A stretch of DNA of 64,000 nucleotides from Vairimorpha necatrix (Eukaryota): assembly GCA_036630325.1 (NCBI GenBank), contig CP142726.1:186001-250000 (forward strand), given 5' to 3'. How positions within the stretch are numbered: position 1 is the first letter of the stretch; every line of letters starts with the position of its first letter. This document shows, one piece after another, positions 50,033 through 60,658 of this stretch. The notes beneath the pieces were generated by a model. It had not been told where the DNA came from and made no database searches. It saw only the letters and a program-made list of their open reading frames with translations. The position numbers and the translations under genes are program-made.

Positions 50033-50629
50033 ATGATTCTATTATTTTTATGTAGTACTTTACAATTCTACATAAAGCATCTTAACGAAGACCGATTTAT
50101 GAAAGGTTCGTTAAGTAATGGCGATGTAACTTCTGTTATGAAATCAGATTTAGGTCCAAATGATGATTTTTCTGTTATAAATAGCTGGGGCGATGGAGTA
50201 CAAGGAATGAGATCAAGTAATGGACAAGCTGTATGGGATATTGGTAATGCATGGACATTAACATACAACAGAGATGCGCATAGGAAAGATAATCAACGTT
50301 TTTATTTATCTTTAATTGCGCCGAAAACATTTGTAATCAAAAATCGAGGTAAGTGTATTGAATATGATAAAAATGATGATAAATATTATTCGAAAGCTTG
50401 TACTCTTCAAGACAATCAGAAATTTCAAGTTCTTAAAGATAAAGACGAATTGGATCCTAAACCGAAGTTTACTGATAAAAGTAAAATTGGAACTAGTGAG
50501 AAGAGAAAAATATTAATACTTCATGATGATGATGGTCATCATCATCATAGGGAAAATGAACATGAACATGAACATTTTGGGAATAGACACCATTCACATT
50601 TAAGAAGAAGACGTTTTGAACATCATTGA
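50033..50629 (+). CDS. Secreted ricin-B-lectin-like protein with His-rich tail (RBL-6)
   Basis: AVWDIG, DNQRFYL, GKCIEYD, CTLQDNQKF; tail HDDDGHHHHRENEHEHEH...HH. Confidence 0.85.
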   Translation: MILLFLCSTLQFYIKHLNEDRFMKGSLSNGDVTSVMKSDLGPNDDFSVINSWGDGVQGMRSSNGQAVWDIGNAWTLTYNRDAHRKDNQRFYLSLIAPKTFVIKNRGKCIEYDKNDDKYYSKACTLQDNQKFQVLKDKDELDPKPKFTDKSKIGTSEKRKILILHDDDGHHHHRENEHEHEHFGNRHHSHLRRRRFEHH

Positions 50630-50968
50630 ATAAATAATTTTGGTCTATTACAAATATATTTTACAATTAATGGGAAGTTTGTAGATTTTTTTCATATAAA
50701 GACTTTTATCAAAATAATTTAATTATGTGCTGGTATATACTAACATAGTCCCAACAAATAATTTTGAAACTTACATTGAAATTTCTATTTTTAAAAAGAT
50801 AATATATTAATCTTTATTAACGGACAGTAATTGCTTGTTAACTGCCTTTTATGTAACACAATGCAAGTTGTATAAATGCATGTAATTTTAATATGTGCAA
50901 ATAATGGAATCAATATAACATCAAGCAAATTAAACTCAAATACAATATTATATAAAAACATTAACAAT

Positions 50969-51529
50969 TTAATTGTCCATTGGAATATAATGTCTTTTCT
51001 TGTGAGAACATGAGTGTTTATGTTTTTTAGGCCGGTATTCCTCAACAACATCTGACTGCCCTTCTTCTTCTTCTTTATAAGTTTCATTTTCAATTTCGTC
51101 TTTTTCATCATTTTCAAATTTAATATTAAACATTGATCCACTATCAAAACATTCAGACTCAACAAAGTTATTATCTTTTTCATTATACCCGAAACATTTC
51201 CCATTTTTCATAATCATATAATCTTCATCTTTATACAACACTATATCAATCTCGTTATCAATACCTGCTTGGTTTTGCCATAAGCTCAAAATTTGTGGTG
51301 ATTCTATTGGATAAAATACATAATTATTGTGTTTTGGTACTTCGATAGATATCTTACCACCTTCTTCGTGGTTAATTAAGGCTTGGATTGTATCTTCTTT
51401 TTCAGAACATCCGTATATATTAATACGGTTTTTGCAGCATAAACTTAAACCAGATTTTTTGTTAGTAAACGATACTAGATTTGAATGGATAAAGGTTAGT
51501 AATAATAAATGGATAATAAGTGTGTTCAT
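50969..51529 (-). CDS. Secreted ricin-B-lectin-like protein (RBL-7; paralogue of 35809)
   Basis: Signal peptide; SGLSLCCKN...YGCSEK...GKCFGYNEKDNNFVESEC. Confidence 0.72.
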   Translation of the reverse strand: MNTLIIHLLLLTFIHSNLVSFTNKKSGLSLCCKNRINIYGCSEKEDTIQALINHEEGGKISIEVPKHNNYVFYPIESPQILSLWQNQAGIDNEIDIVLYKDEDYMIMKNGKCFGYNEKDNNFVESECFDSGSMFNIKFENDEKDEIENETYKEEEEGQSDVVEEYRPKKHKHSCSHKKRHYIPMDN

Positions 51530-54076
51530 AATTTTTGATATGTAATAAAAAATTTAATTATAGGTTTATTGACAAATCAAATTTGAAACTATAAAATTGA
51601 TAACGGATATGTTTCATATAGAATGAAATGATTTATCCTGTACCGAATGATAATGAATTTAGTATGTTTACATTTTTTATTAATTTATATAATAATTTTC
51701 TTTTGTCTATGACTTTATTTTAATATCAATATACAAGAAATGACTAAACAAATTTATATAATACACTAAGAATGGCGAAAAATATAATAAAATGTTATTA
51801 ATAATGTAGTTTTTTATTAATAAATTTTACATATATCAATTTTCTAGTCAGGAAAATATTTGTAAATGCACAATATTAAGTCATACATGCATATCTAATA
51901 TATAACTTTGTCTGTTTCATGTATTGTCCAATTAAAATATATAATAATGGTTTATATATATATTTTGATATAATATAAAAAGAACTCCGTGTTATTACAT
52001 TACATATAAGTTTTATATAAAAAATCTCCGAGTATTTAATATAGTAGCATGAAATTATATTTAAGTAAATAATATTATAAAAAATGTCTATATTTAATTT
52101 CTTTATGTCAATACAGTTAAAACATTCTTTATATCGTTATTAATAATTGTATTATTTTTATTATTTAGATCATCTGAGATAGTTCTTTTTAATAAACGTA
52201 GATATAACAATTAATCCCAGTGTCTATTTTTAGTATAAATATACATTTAGGTCTATTAGATTACAACTTTAATATATAAATTTCTGTAAAACATATTAAA
52301 AAGAAAATTTCTAATATTATGTCTATGTATCTCTATTAATGTATAACAATAATACTTTGCAATTTTTGGTAAAACATTTCAGAATAAAATCCTATTGATT
52401 GTTTGTTATCGCCAACAAATCTCGGCGATACACTTTCTTGTAAATAATATCTCAAATGTGTCACCGTGGATCTGATGTAATTATATATCTCTACAAATTG
52501 TTTTCATGCTTTTATTAATTTCTTATGCTGTCGATTGTTTTTTAGTTGTTAAGTATCAATTTAAGATAATTAATATCTTTTAGGACATATAGGTCTTTTT
52601 ATAGATTAAAAAAAAATATCACAGTCATTTTCAGAAGGGAAGATTCAATCATGTGGCTTAAGTTTTTTTATATAAAATATTAAGATACACGTATATGCTG
52701 TAAAAAAAGTAATTTTATATAAAATAAGCAGAATTTTGCACAAAGTAGTTAAATTTTGCTTTGAAAATCGTAATGCGCATATATCGAACCTGAAAAATAA
52801 GAATTATCTTTGTAAATTATATGATTTTATTATATTACATATGATCAATGAATATTATTTTGTAATATATAAATGCTATACACTGTACAAGATTCTTATA
52901 TTTTACTGTATCGTCGTAGAATAAATATTACATACAAAAATATATGTAAATTTTTATATAAAAACACACAAAAAAAAAAATTTAAACCTCATTTTCTATA
53001 TAGTAAATGAGGTTTATATAAAGGCATCAAAAGTACTTAAATTAGCCGAGTCTTAAATGATTCTTATGGAATTTTGCTCATTATTTTTGCACCAGTTGTC
53101 ATAACCAGACAAATTAATAAATATTACTTTTGATTTTTTTTTATCATAGAGTTGATTAAAAAAATGTTTATATAATTAAGAAGTTTTTCTTTGATCAAAT
53201 TATTTATGGTTTTTGCCATATATTAGTTTTTTCAGTTTTTTAATATTTCTCACCGTATTTGTATCATCAACGAAATTTTAATATGCACAAAAATATAAAT
53301 ATGAGAACTTCTTATTAAAGACATATTAGTTGTAATATAAGAAGTTTCTACTTGTATAATATTTGTAAATTGTTTATTGGTTCATTTTTTTATATATTAT
53401 TTTAGTTTCCCCGATTTATATTTTGATTGTTACAGGGATCTTGTTTATATATTATGATATTTGTCTATTATATTGAATTTCCAGACTTCATCATTTTCTA
53501 CCATGTACTTCTAAATTTTTTCTTATAAAGTTCGTTAAATATTAATTTACACTTCGCCTAAAAAGTGCTTATTGAAATTTCCCAAATAACTAAGTCAAAT
53601 ATATACACTTCTTATTAATTATTTTTTATTTACGTAACAAACAAATTCCGAGTCAATTTTGAAGTTCCATAGTACTAATTCTTGATATCTACCTGATAAT
53701 TCCAATTATATTTTTATGTTTCAAAATTGTGTTTATCTCTTTAACCCAATATTATATTTTAGTATCTAAATTCAATATGATCTTATGTCTGTTTTCCTAA
53801 TACCAGACATCTTCCTGCAAATATCATTTATACATGATATCATAATTGTGTCCGTTGCATCTTCCAAGTCTAGTACTTGATTTTATATGTCTGTTCTCAG
53901 ACTAATACATATCCCAAACAGAAATGTAGTATCATATCCCAAACAGAAATGTAGTATCATATTACATACAGAAATATAGATATTATATGACATTCAGAAA
54001 TGTTGTCATTTCTTATTAGTCAAATATGTGGTAGAATGTCTCCAAATGTTTTATAATACACCAATGAAATATTATG

Positions 54077-54226
54077 TTTGTTTTATCATATATAATAACT
54101 TATATTATCATATATAATAACTTATATTATATTTGTTTTATCATATATAATAACTTATATTATCATATATAATAACTTATATTATATTTGTTTTATCATA
54201 TATAATAACTTATATTATCATATATA
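54077..54226. repeat. Minisatellite: 55-bp unit (containing 22-bp subunits), about 2.7 copies
   Basis: Unit starts at 54077, 54132 and 54187 (tttgttttatcatatataataacttatattatc...). Confidence 0.9.
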
Positions 54227-54588
54227 TAAATTTATCTTGTAAGTGTATATAATGTTTGCTATCTTGTAAGTGTATATAATGTTTGTTATCTTGTTTCTCT
54301 TTATAATAAATAAACCCATGTTTTCATTCCTTATATATTTTTTTATTATCTCCCTTCTCTCTTTCTCTCTCTTCTTTTTATATCTTTTTAAGATATTTCC
54401 TAATTTATTACAGTACACTGTATAATATCTACTTACATTGTGTCTACTACACTTACTTGGTGTTTCAGGCTGTTATGTTTCACATTTTTCTGATAAATTA
54501 CTAGAATGTCTGGTTAATATACAATATTCTTAATATTCATTTTCTACTAGAATGTCTATTTTACAATATTCTTGCCCTCATTTTTATT

Positions 54589-54852
54589 ATGACTATGATC
54601 TTCTGTGTATGTAGAAATAATAAGCTTATTTACAGTACTGGCTTCGTAGACCAGTTCCTTATAAATATAGTACATGCCATGATAGAAGTAGGAGATATAT
54701 TTCTGGAAGATGAGTTAGAGAGTATTAATATCAGACCCGACTACACAGTATATATAAAAAGAGAAGGAGAATTAGTATATTTCTCTAGAGACAAGAACAT
54801 CTTAGAATATAATATGTCAAATGAAAATGACCTTACTCATATTAATAAATAG
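54589..54852 (+). CDS. Small hypothetical protein, 87 aa (possibly a longin-like fold; unverified)
   Basis: CCC motif followed by a T-tract before the ATG; coding-like composition. Confidence 0.55.
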   Translation: MTMIFCVCRNNKLIYSTGFVDQFLINIVHAMIEVGDIFLEDELESINIRPDYTVYIKREGELVYFSRDKNILEYNMSNENDLTHINK

Positions 54853-55167
54853 AATACAAAGATCAAAAATACAAGTCATAAAACATGACAAGAACAAATA
54901 TAAGAACGAGATCATAAAGTCATAAAACATGACAAGAACAAAGATCATAAAACATGATCTAATAGTAGCAGATAAAACATGACACTACTAGTAGCAGATA
55001 AATCAAGACAAATTAAGAACAAGACGAGACAAATAAGATCAAGATCAAATAAGATCAAATAAGATCAAGACAAGATCATTACTGTCACTACGCTGATTCA
55101 AATGAAACACCAACAAATTCTCCCCCTATGAAACAAATTCTATATACTAAAAGATACACATCCCCCC

Positions 55168-55728
55168 ATGACTTGTCCCCACTTTAATATGCTGACCCTT
55201 GACAAGCCCCTTAAGATTAATATAACTTGTCAAGGTATAATAACCATTATATCTCCCTACGAGTTTGAATATAAAAACTCTCTTACTAAGAATATCTTAA
55301 CAGGCCTCAGAAGATTCTGTGGCTTCGAGATCATAGAAAATGGGAAGAGTGTCTGCATTTTAAAGAGTAATTTCTTAGGGAGTTTTTATTATAATAAAGA
55401 TTTAGAGATTACATATAAGACATCTTTCTTTAGAAAGAGAAGGCCTAGATCTTTCTTAGTTAGACTTAGTTACTTGATATTGAGGAATAAAGAGCCCTTG
55501 TTTAATTTAGAGAGTCAGTCTTATTCCTTGAATTTTAATGGGAGGGTGAGTGTCCCGAGTGTAAAGAACTTCCAGTTAGTTCATCCTACAGATAATACTT
55601 ATAATATATTGACATTTGGGAAGATAGGGGAGAAGAGATTTGTACTGGATTATAGATATCCCTTATCTGCCTTGACAGCCTTCTGTATATGTCTAGCGGC
55701 CCTAGACAGGAAGTACCTATGTGACTAG
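55168..55728 (+). CDS. Tubby C-terminal domain protein (start may be 55128)
   Basis: LKSNFLG, RPRS, LRNKEP...YSLNFNGRVSVPSVKNFQL, FGK...FVLDYRYPLSA..AF.I.L. Confidence 0.92.
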   Translation: MTCPHFNMLTLDKPLKINITCQGIITIISPYEFEYKNSLTKNILTGLRRFCGFEIIENGKSVCILKSNFLGSFYYNKDLEITYKTSFFRKRRPRSFLVRLSYLILRNKEPLFNLESQSYSLNFNGRVSVPSVKNFQLVHPTDNTYNILTFGKIGEKRFVLDYRYPLSALTAFCICLAALDRKYLCD

Positions 55729-55983
55729 AACCAAATAAATAGACTTTAGACTTATAATTGATTGTATGTTATTTTATAATGCAGATTATGCATATTGTAT
55801 TATGTAGATTATATTTATGCAGCATAAATTAATGCATACACAAACATAGTACAATAAATTAAATCTATACATAATATCTTTACATAGTACAATAAATAAT
55901 ATCTATATAAAATATCTATACATAGTACAATAAATAATATCTATACATAATATCTATATGCTTTTTACCACCCTTATTTTTTT

Positions 55984-58098
55984 ATGGAGATGCTCAAAAT
56001 ACTCAAACAAATCTCTACACTCCCAAGAGATTGTCTTCTCTCTCCTAAACCTTACTCAAGACTCTTTCTCTTTAATAATGTCTGCATTATAATCTACGAC
56101 AAATTCATCTTATTCAACAATATAGAAATATTCATCTCTCCTATAAACGTACAGAAAAAAAATAATACTCTGGAAATCACTGATCCAGAAAATATTTATA
56201 TTCTTGATTTCACTTTGTTTGTTATAACAAACAAAGTGTTTATGCAAAAAACTATAAATAGATCAAAATTTTCCATAAACAAGGAAAATCTCCAATGTCT
56301 TGATATTGTCATCACTGATGACAATATCTCTTACAAAGGACATAAATGTGAGAATATAGTCAAATATACAGATTTTGATGATTTAGAAGTCTTCTACTAC
56401 TCATGTATAATAAATGAGTATATATTTATTAGTAATGATAAGTCTAGTAGTATAATTATGTTTAATAAGAAACTTGAAGAAATTAGTAATGAGATGATTT
56501 ATGTGAAATGTGATGAAGAAGGGAAGAGTAAATATTTAAGGGGACTTGATAGTAGAGAAGATTGTATAGGACAGATTAATGAGAGAGGAGAAGTGGAGAT
56601 ATATAAAATCAAGGAGAGATCAGAGGAAGGATATTATTTTAAGGAGTATGTAGGAGAAGAAAGCAGGAATGTATTCCACAAGATAATAAAAAGTGAAGGA
56701 ACTAAGAGTGATACTATAGAAGCTAAGATTGATGAAGACACATCATATTTGAATCTTAAGGATATAGAAAAGATGGAGGAAGATACAACCAAGGGAGAAG
56801 AAGATAATAAGCAGGAAGATAAGATAGATAAAGAAAGATATATGGAGGAAGATAAGATCTTTGAAAAAGATAAGATGGAGGAAGACAACATAAAGACACA
56901 GGAAGAAACATTTAAGACACAGGAAGAAGATAAGATAGATAAAGAAAGTATTATAGAGGAAGATAAGATAGATAAAGAAAGATATATGGAGGAAGATAAG
57001 ATTTCTGAAAAAGATAAGATGGAGGAAGACAACATAAAGACACTGGAAGAAGATAATATGCAGGAACAAGAAGATAGTCTTGAAAAAGACAAGATCCTTG
57101 AAATATCAAATATATTTAAAGAAGATAAGAAAGACAAAGACGACTTAAAGACACAAGAACAAGAAGATATTAATGAAGAAGATAAGGACGATAAAGAAAG
57201 TATTACTCCTGAAATATCAAATATATTTAAAGAAGATAATATGCAGGAAGATAGTACTAATGATTTATCCCTTAAGTCTGAAAAGGAGACTATAAAATCT
57301 TTCTCAGATTTCAAGTCTCAAGCCCACTTTTCATTTTCAAGTATAAAAGAAGTCATTAATAATAAATCTAATACAATAGATGAAGATAAATCTAATTCTC
57401 AAAATGAAGATGCTGTGGATAAGATAATTAAGGACATTAAGAATATAAAGGTTAATAAGTCTACTATTAGAGACTACAAGTACACAGAGTACAATCTTGA
57501 CTCTAAGTTACACTCCCTCTACAGAGACATAATGAAGTTAGAAGACCCAGGGGATCTCCAGAGGGATATGGAGAATGACTTACTCTTCATGATAAATAAG
57601 ATACAAATGAGACAGAGTGTAGACTCAGAGTATATAAAGAAGAGTATAAAGTACTATGATAAGAAGATCAACCAGAGGAATAAAGCAAGGACTCCTTTCA
57701 TATACAACAGAGCAATAATAGAGGAGCCAGAAAGAACTAGTATAAGTAGTACTCTTAGTAGTAATAGTAGTGGTGGCTTCTGTATGGTGGAATTAGAGAA
57801 GGTACTGAATATAGAAAGTATGTGTAACATAATAATACAGGAAGACAATATTAATAATACTAATAGAGTAGATATTACTAATAATAAAGTAGATATTACT
57901 AATACTAATAGACTAGATATAAATAATAGACTAGATATTAATAAAGTAGATATTGGTAATGTGACACAGACTATTAGTACCCCCACAAATATCTGCACTA
58001 ATGTGCCGAGTAGTGGGAGCTCAATCCCCACAGTAAAGAAAGAGACAGAGACACCCAATGCATTTAGTAGATTCGCCAGTAGTAACAATTTATTCTAA
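55984..58098 (+). CDS. Hypothetical protein, 704 aa: beta-rich N-terminus, acidic repeats, coiled coil (possible Nup159-like nucleoporin; unverified)
   Basis: CCCC upstream; internal direct repeat EDKIDKERYMEEDKIxEKDKMEEDNIKT x2; ends NAFSRFASSNNLF. Confidence 0.75.
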   Translation: MEMLKILKQISTLPRDCLLSPKPYSRLFLFNNVCIIIYDKFILFNNIEIFISPINVQKKNNTLEITDPENIYILDFTLFVITNKVFMQKTINRSKFSINKENLQCLDIVITDDNISYKGHKCENIVKYTDFDDLEVFYYSCIINEYIFISNDKSSSIIMFNKKLEEISNEMIYVKCDEEGKSKYLRGLDSREDCIGQINERGEVEIYKIKERSEEGYYFKEYVGEESRNVFHKIIKSEGTKSDTIEAKIDEDTSYLNLKDIEKMEEDTTKGEEDNKQEDKIDKERYMEEDKIFEKDKMEEDNIKTQEETFKTQEEDKIDKESIIEEDKIDKERYMEEDKISEKDKMEEDNIKTLEEDNMQEQEDSLEKDKILEISNIFKEDKKDKDDLKTQEQEDINEEDKDDKESITPEISNIFKEDNMQEDSTNDLSLKSEKETIKSFSDFKSQAHFSFSSIKEVINNKSNTIDEDKSNSQNEDAVDKIIKDIKNIKVNKSTIRDYKYTEYNLDSKLHSLYRDIMKLEDPGDLQRDMENDLLFMINKIQMRQSVDSEYIKKSIKYYDKKINQRNKARTPFIYNRAIIEEPERTSISSTLSSNSSGGFCMVELEKVLNIESMCNIIIQEDNINNTNRVDITNNKVDITNTNRLDINNRLDINKVDIGNVTQTISTPTNICTNVPSSGSSIPTVKKETETPNAFSRFASSNNLF

Positions 58099-58123
58099 AA
58101 AATAAACAAAATATATTAGTTTG

Positions 58124-58352
58124 AATATAATATAATATAATATAATATAATATAATATAATATAATATAATATAATATAATATAATATAATATAATATAA
58201 TATAATATAATATAATATAATATAATATAATATAATATAATATAATATAATATAATATAATATAATATAATATAATATAATATAATATAATATAATATAA
58301 TATAATATAATATAATATAATATAATATAATATAATATAATATAATATAATA
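58124..58352. repeat. Perfect (AATAT)n microsatellite, about 45 copies
   Basis: Read directly; fills most of the space between two convergent stop codons. Confidence 0.98.
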
Positions 58353-58358
58353 GTTAAA

Positions 58359-58760
58359 TTATTTATTCTTCCTCTCGGCTTTCTTCATCGCTCTCTTCAC
58401 TGTCCCAAATCTCTTATAAGCTTTCTTCCTCTCATCTTTTCTAGTCCGTCTGGGCTTCCTTATACTTGTCTCCCCTGTCTTCCTTGCCACCATGTAACTC
58501 TTCTCTACTCTCTTCATATCATCCTGGTTACTGTAAATATTCACTCTTCCTATACTGGTATGTGTACCAGGAGTATTAGTAATATCATATACTACTATAT
58601 TATCATTCTTAGTCTGGAAGAGCTTACTGAGCTTGTCAGTGATGACTTTCTTCTGGGGCACGGGTGACTCCTCGTGGTGGATTTTGAGACTGAGTTCTTT
58701 ACGGGAAAGAAGAGAATTTGATTTTTGTAATAAAATTTCAAGTTCACAATTTGCAGCCAT
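58359..58760 (-). CDS. RPS24: 40S ribosomal protein S24 (eS24)
   Basis: NSLLSRKE...HH...KLSKLF...IVV...T..G...S.G...IY...E...[12 protein letters not shown]; start ATG 58760 behind CCC. Confidence 0.88.
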
Positions 58761-59105
58761 AAAAAAATAAGGGCAAGAAAAAAAGGACAAAAAAATATAA
58801 TGACATTTATTTATTTATAAATGTGTATTATACTATAATAGTATTAATACAATATGTTTATATTATATTTAAAATACATTATAAATGTGTATTATATTTT
58901 AATGTTAATTATATTTTAATAAGATAGTAAGTCGATTTATAAGTTCTTCTGTTTCTGTACTAGTATCTTCTCCTCTGATACTTGTAAAATAGTGTAAATA
59001 TACATCTTGTAAATCTCACTATCTTTTACTGGCTTATTTCTTAATATCTTGAGACATCTAGAAATCTCATTTTTATATTCTTCCATAATAGGCCTCTATT
59101 TTGGT

Positions 59106-59360
59106 ATGAGAAATTATTTAATAAGATATTATATAAATGATATAATAGTAATAAAATGTCTAAATGAGGAATATACAATCATGTGTAAAGAGACAGAGAA
59201 GATCAAGAGAGGAAGAGTCCTCATTAAAATGAAAGCAGAATATAAAATATCTCATAATTTAATATTTGATGATTTAATATTTGATAATGATGTACTAGTA
59301 ATAGAAATAAATGAAGATAAAGAAAATGACTACAATCTAATAGTAAAGAAACTAAAATAA
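59106..59360 (+). CDS. Small hypothetical protein, 84 aa
   Basis: First ATG of the ORF; fills the gap in a gene-dense block; AATAAA overlaps the stop. Confidence 0.5.
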   Translation: MRNYLIRYYINDIIVIKCLNEEYTIMCKETEKIKRGRVLIKMKAEYKISHNLIFDDLIFDNDVLVIEINEDKENDYNLIVKKLK

Positions 59361-59449
59361 ACAAGTATATAAAAATATTTATTACATTTTTTTAAATTTC
59401 TTATTTGTCCGTTATTTTTTTAAATTTTTTGACACCCCATTTCCAAAAT

Positions 59450-60658
59450 ATGAAAAAACTTCTTCACATTACTCTAGACAATATAAACTCTGTCCTTTTA
59501 AACTTAAAACAAAACAAGGAACTTTTAAATTTAAATAAAAAAATTTTAATAATTTTTTTATTAAAAAATCTTAAAACTCCACAAGAAATCTACAGTAAAC
59601 TTAAAATACTAGATTATGATAATCTAAACGATAGTAACGTAGTGGATAAACAACATCTTCAAGATGATAGTAATGATAGTAACGTAGTGGATAAAATTCT
59701 AAATAGTATTTCTAAACTTGTTAATGGTAAAATTACATGTATAGAAGAATATGTCTATAAGATGGATTATTTTAGTAATATAGTGTGTGTATGGTATTTT
59801 GAGAATATATATGTAGATAGTAATGAATATGTAGAGAAATTTATAAGAACAATATATAAAATATGTAAAATGGACTACTATAATGAATTTCAAAGTGTGG
59901 AAGATGAATTAGATGAATTAGAGTGTGTGGAAGATGAATCAGATGGTCAAGATGATAGTCAAGATGAAAGTCAAGATAAAAATGTAAAAGATATTAAACA
60001 AGATGATCGTCAAGATGAATTAGATGATATTCAAGATGATAATAATAGTTTGGAAAATTTCGAATTAGTCGACTTAACAGACAGTGAAGAAATAGAAAGA
60101 CTTGATAAACAACTAGGAGCACTTTTATACACAACCCCAAACCTATCAAAACAAGAAAAACAAAAAATCGCCAAAATATGCGATATACTCTCTCTAATAC
60201 TAAAAATTAATACTCCATGTCACCCTAAATACTTTTATAACCTCTTAAATCTCATAGACATAGACCCAATTCTATACAAAAAAATTTTTAAACTACTAAA
60301 ACAAGCCCCAGATACTCAAATATTTATAAAAGCTTTACTTAATTACAAAAATATATGGAGAAATATAAATTTTATAGTAGAAAAAATTGGTATAAAAAAA
60401 GTATTAGAATGTCATATAAATAATGAAGCGACTTATGAATATTTAGATAGGAAATTGATAAATAAAAAAGAGTTTAATGAGTTTATAAAGAATAATGAAG
60501 TTGAAGTGAAAATGTTTAGGAAATTGATAATACATTTTTTGAAGAGAGAAAATGAAGAAAAAAATGTTAAAGAATTAGAAGAAAGAATAAAAGAAATGGG
60601 TGGTGATGAAGAAATAGAAGAATTTATACGAATTAAGAAGCAACAGAAAAAAAATTAA
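59450..60658 (+). CDS. Hypothetical protein; possible highly reduced Pol5/MYBBP1A-like ribosome biogenesis factor
   Basis: CCCC before ATG 59450. An acidic tract followed by DSEEIERLDKQLGALL...KICDILSL recalls the Pol5 motif DDEEMxxLDxxLAxxF...RVLDLL (from memory). The ORF is secure; the function is tentative. Confidence 0.6.
   Translation: MKKLLHITLDNINSVLLNLKQNKELLNLNKKILIIFLLKNLKTPQEIYSKLKILDYDNLNDSNVVDKQHLQDDSNDSNVVDKILNSISKLVNGKITCIEEYVYKMDYFSNIVCVWYFENIYVDSNEYVEKFIRTIYKICKMDYYNEFQSVEDELDELECVEDESDGQDDSQDESQDKNVKDIKQDDRQDELDDIQDDNNSLENFELVDLTDSEEIERLDKQLGALLYTTPNLSKQEKQKIAKICDILSLILKINTPCHPKYFYNLLNLIDIDPILYKKIFKLLKQAPDTQIFIKALLNYKNIWRNINFIVEKIGIKKVLECHINNEATYEYLDRKLINKKEFNEFIKNNEVEVKMFRKLIIHFLKRENEEKNVKELEERIKEMGGDEEIEEFIRIKKQQKKN

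Noticed and set aside
54077-54226. Repeats as a possible CRISPR array
   Set aside because: Head-to-tail units with no unique spacers, no cas genes, and a eukaryotic context.
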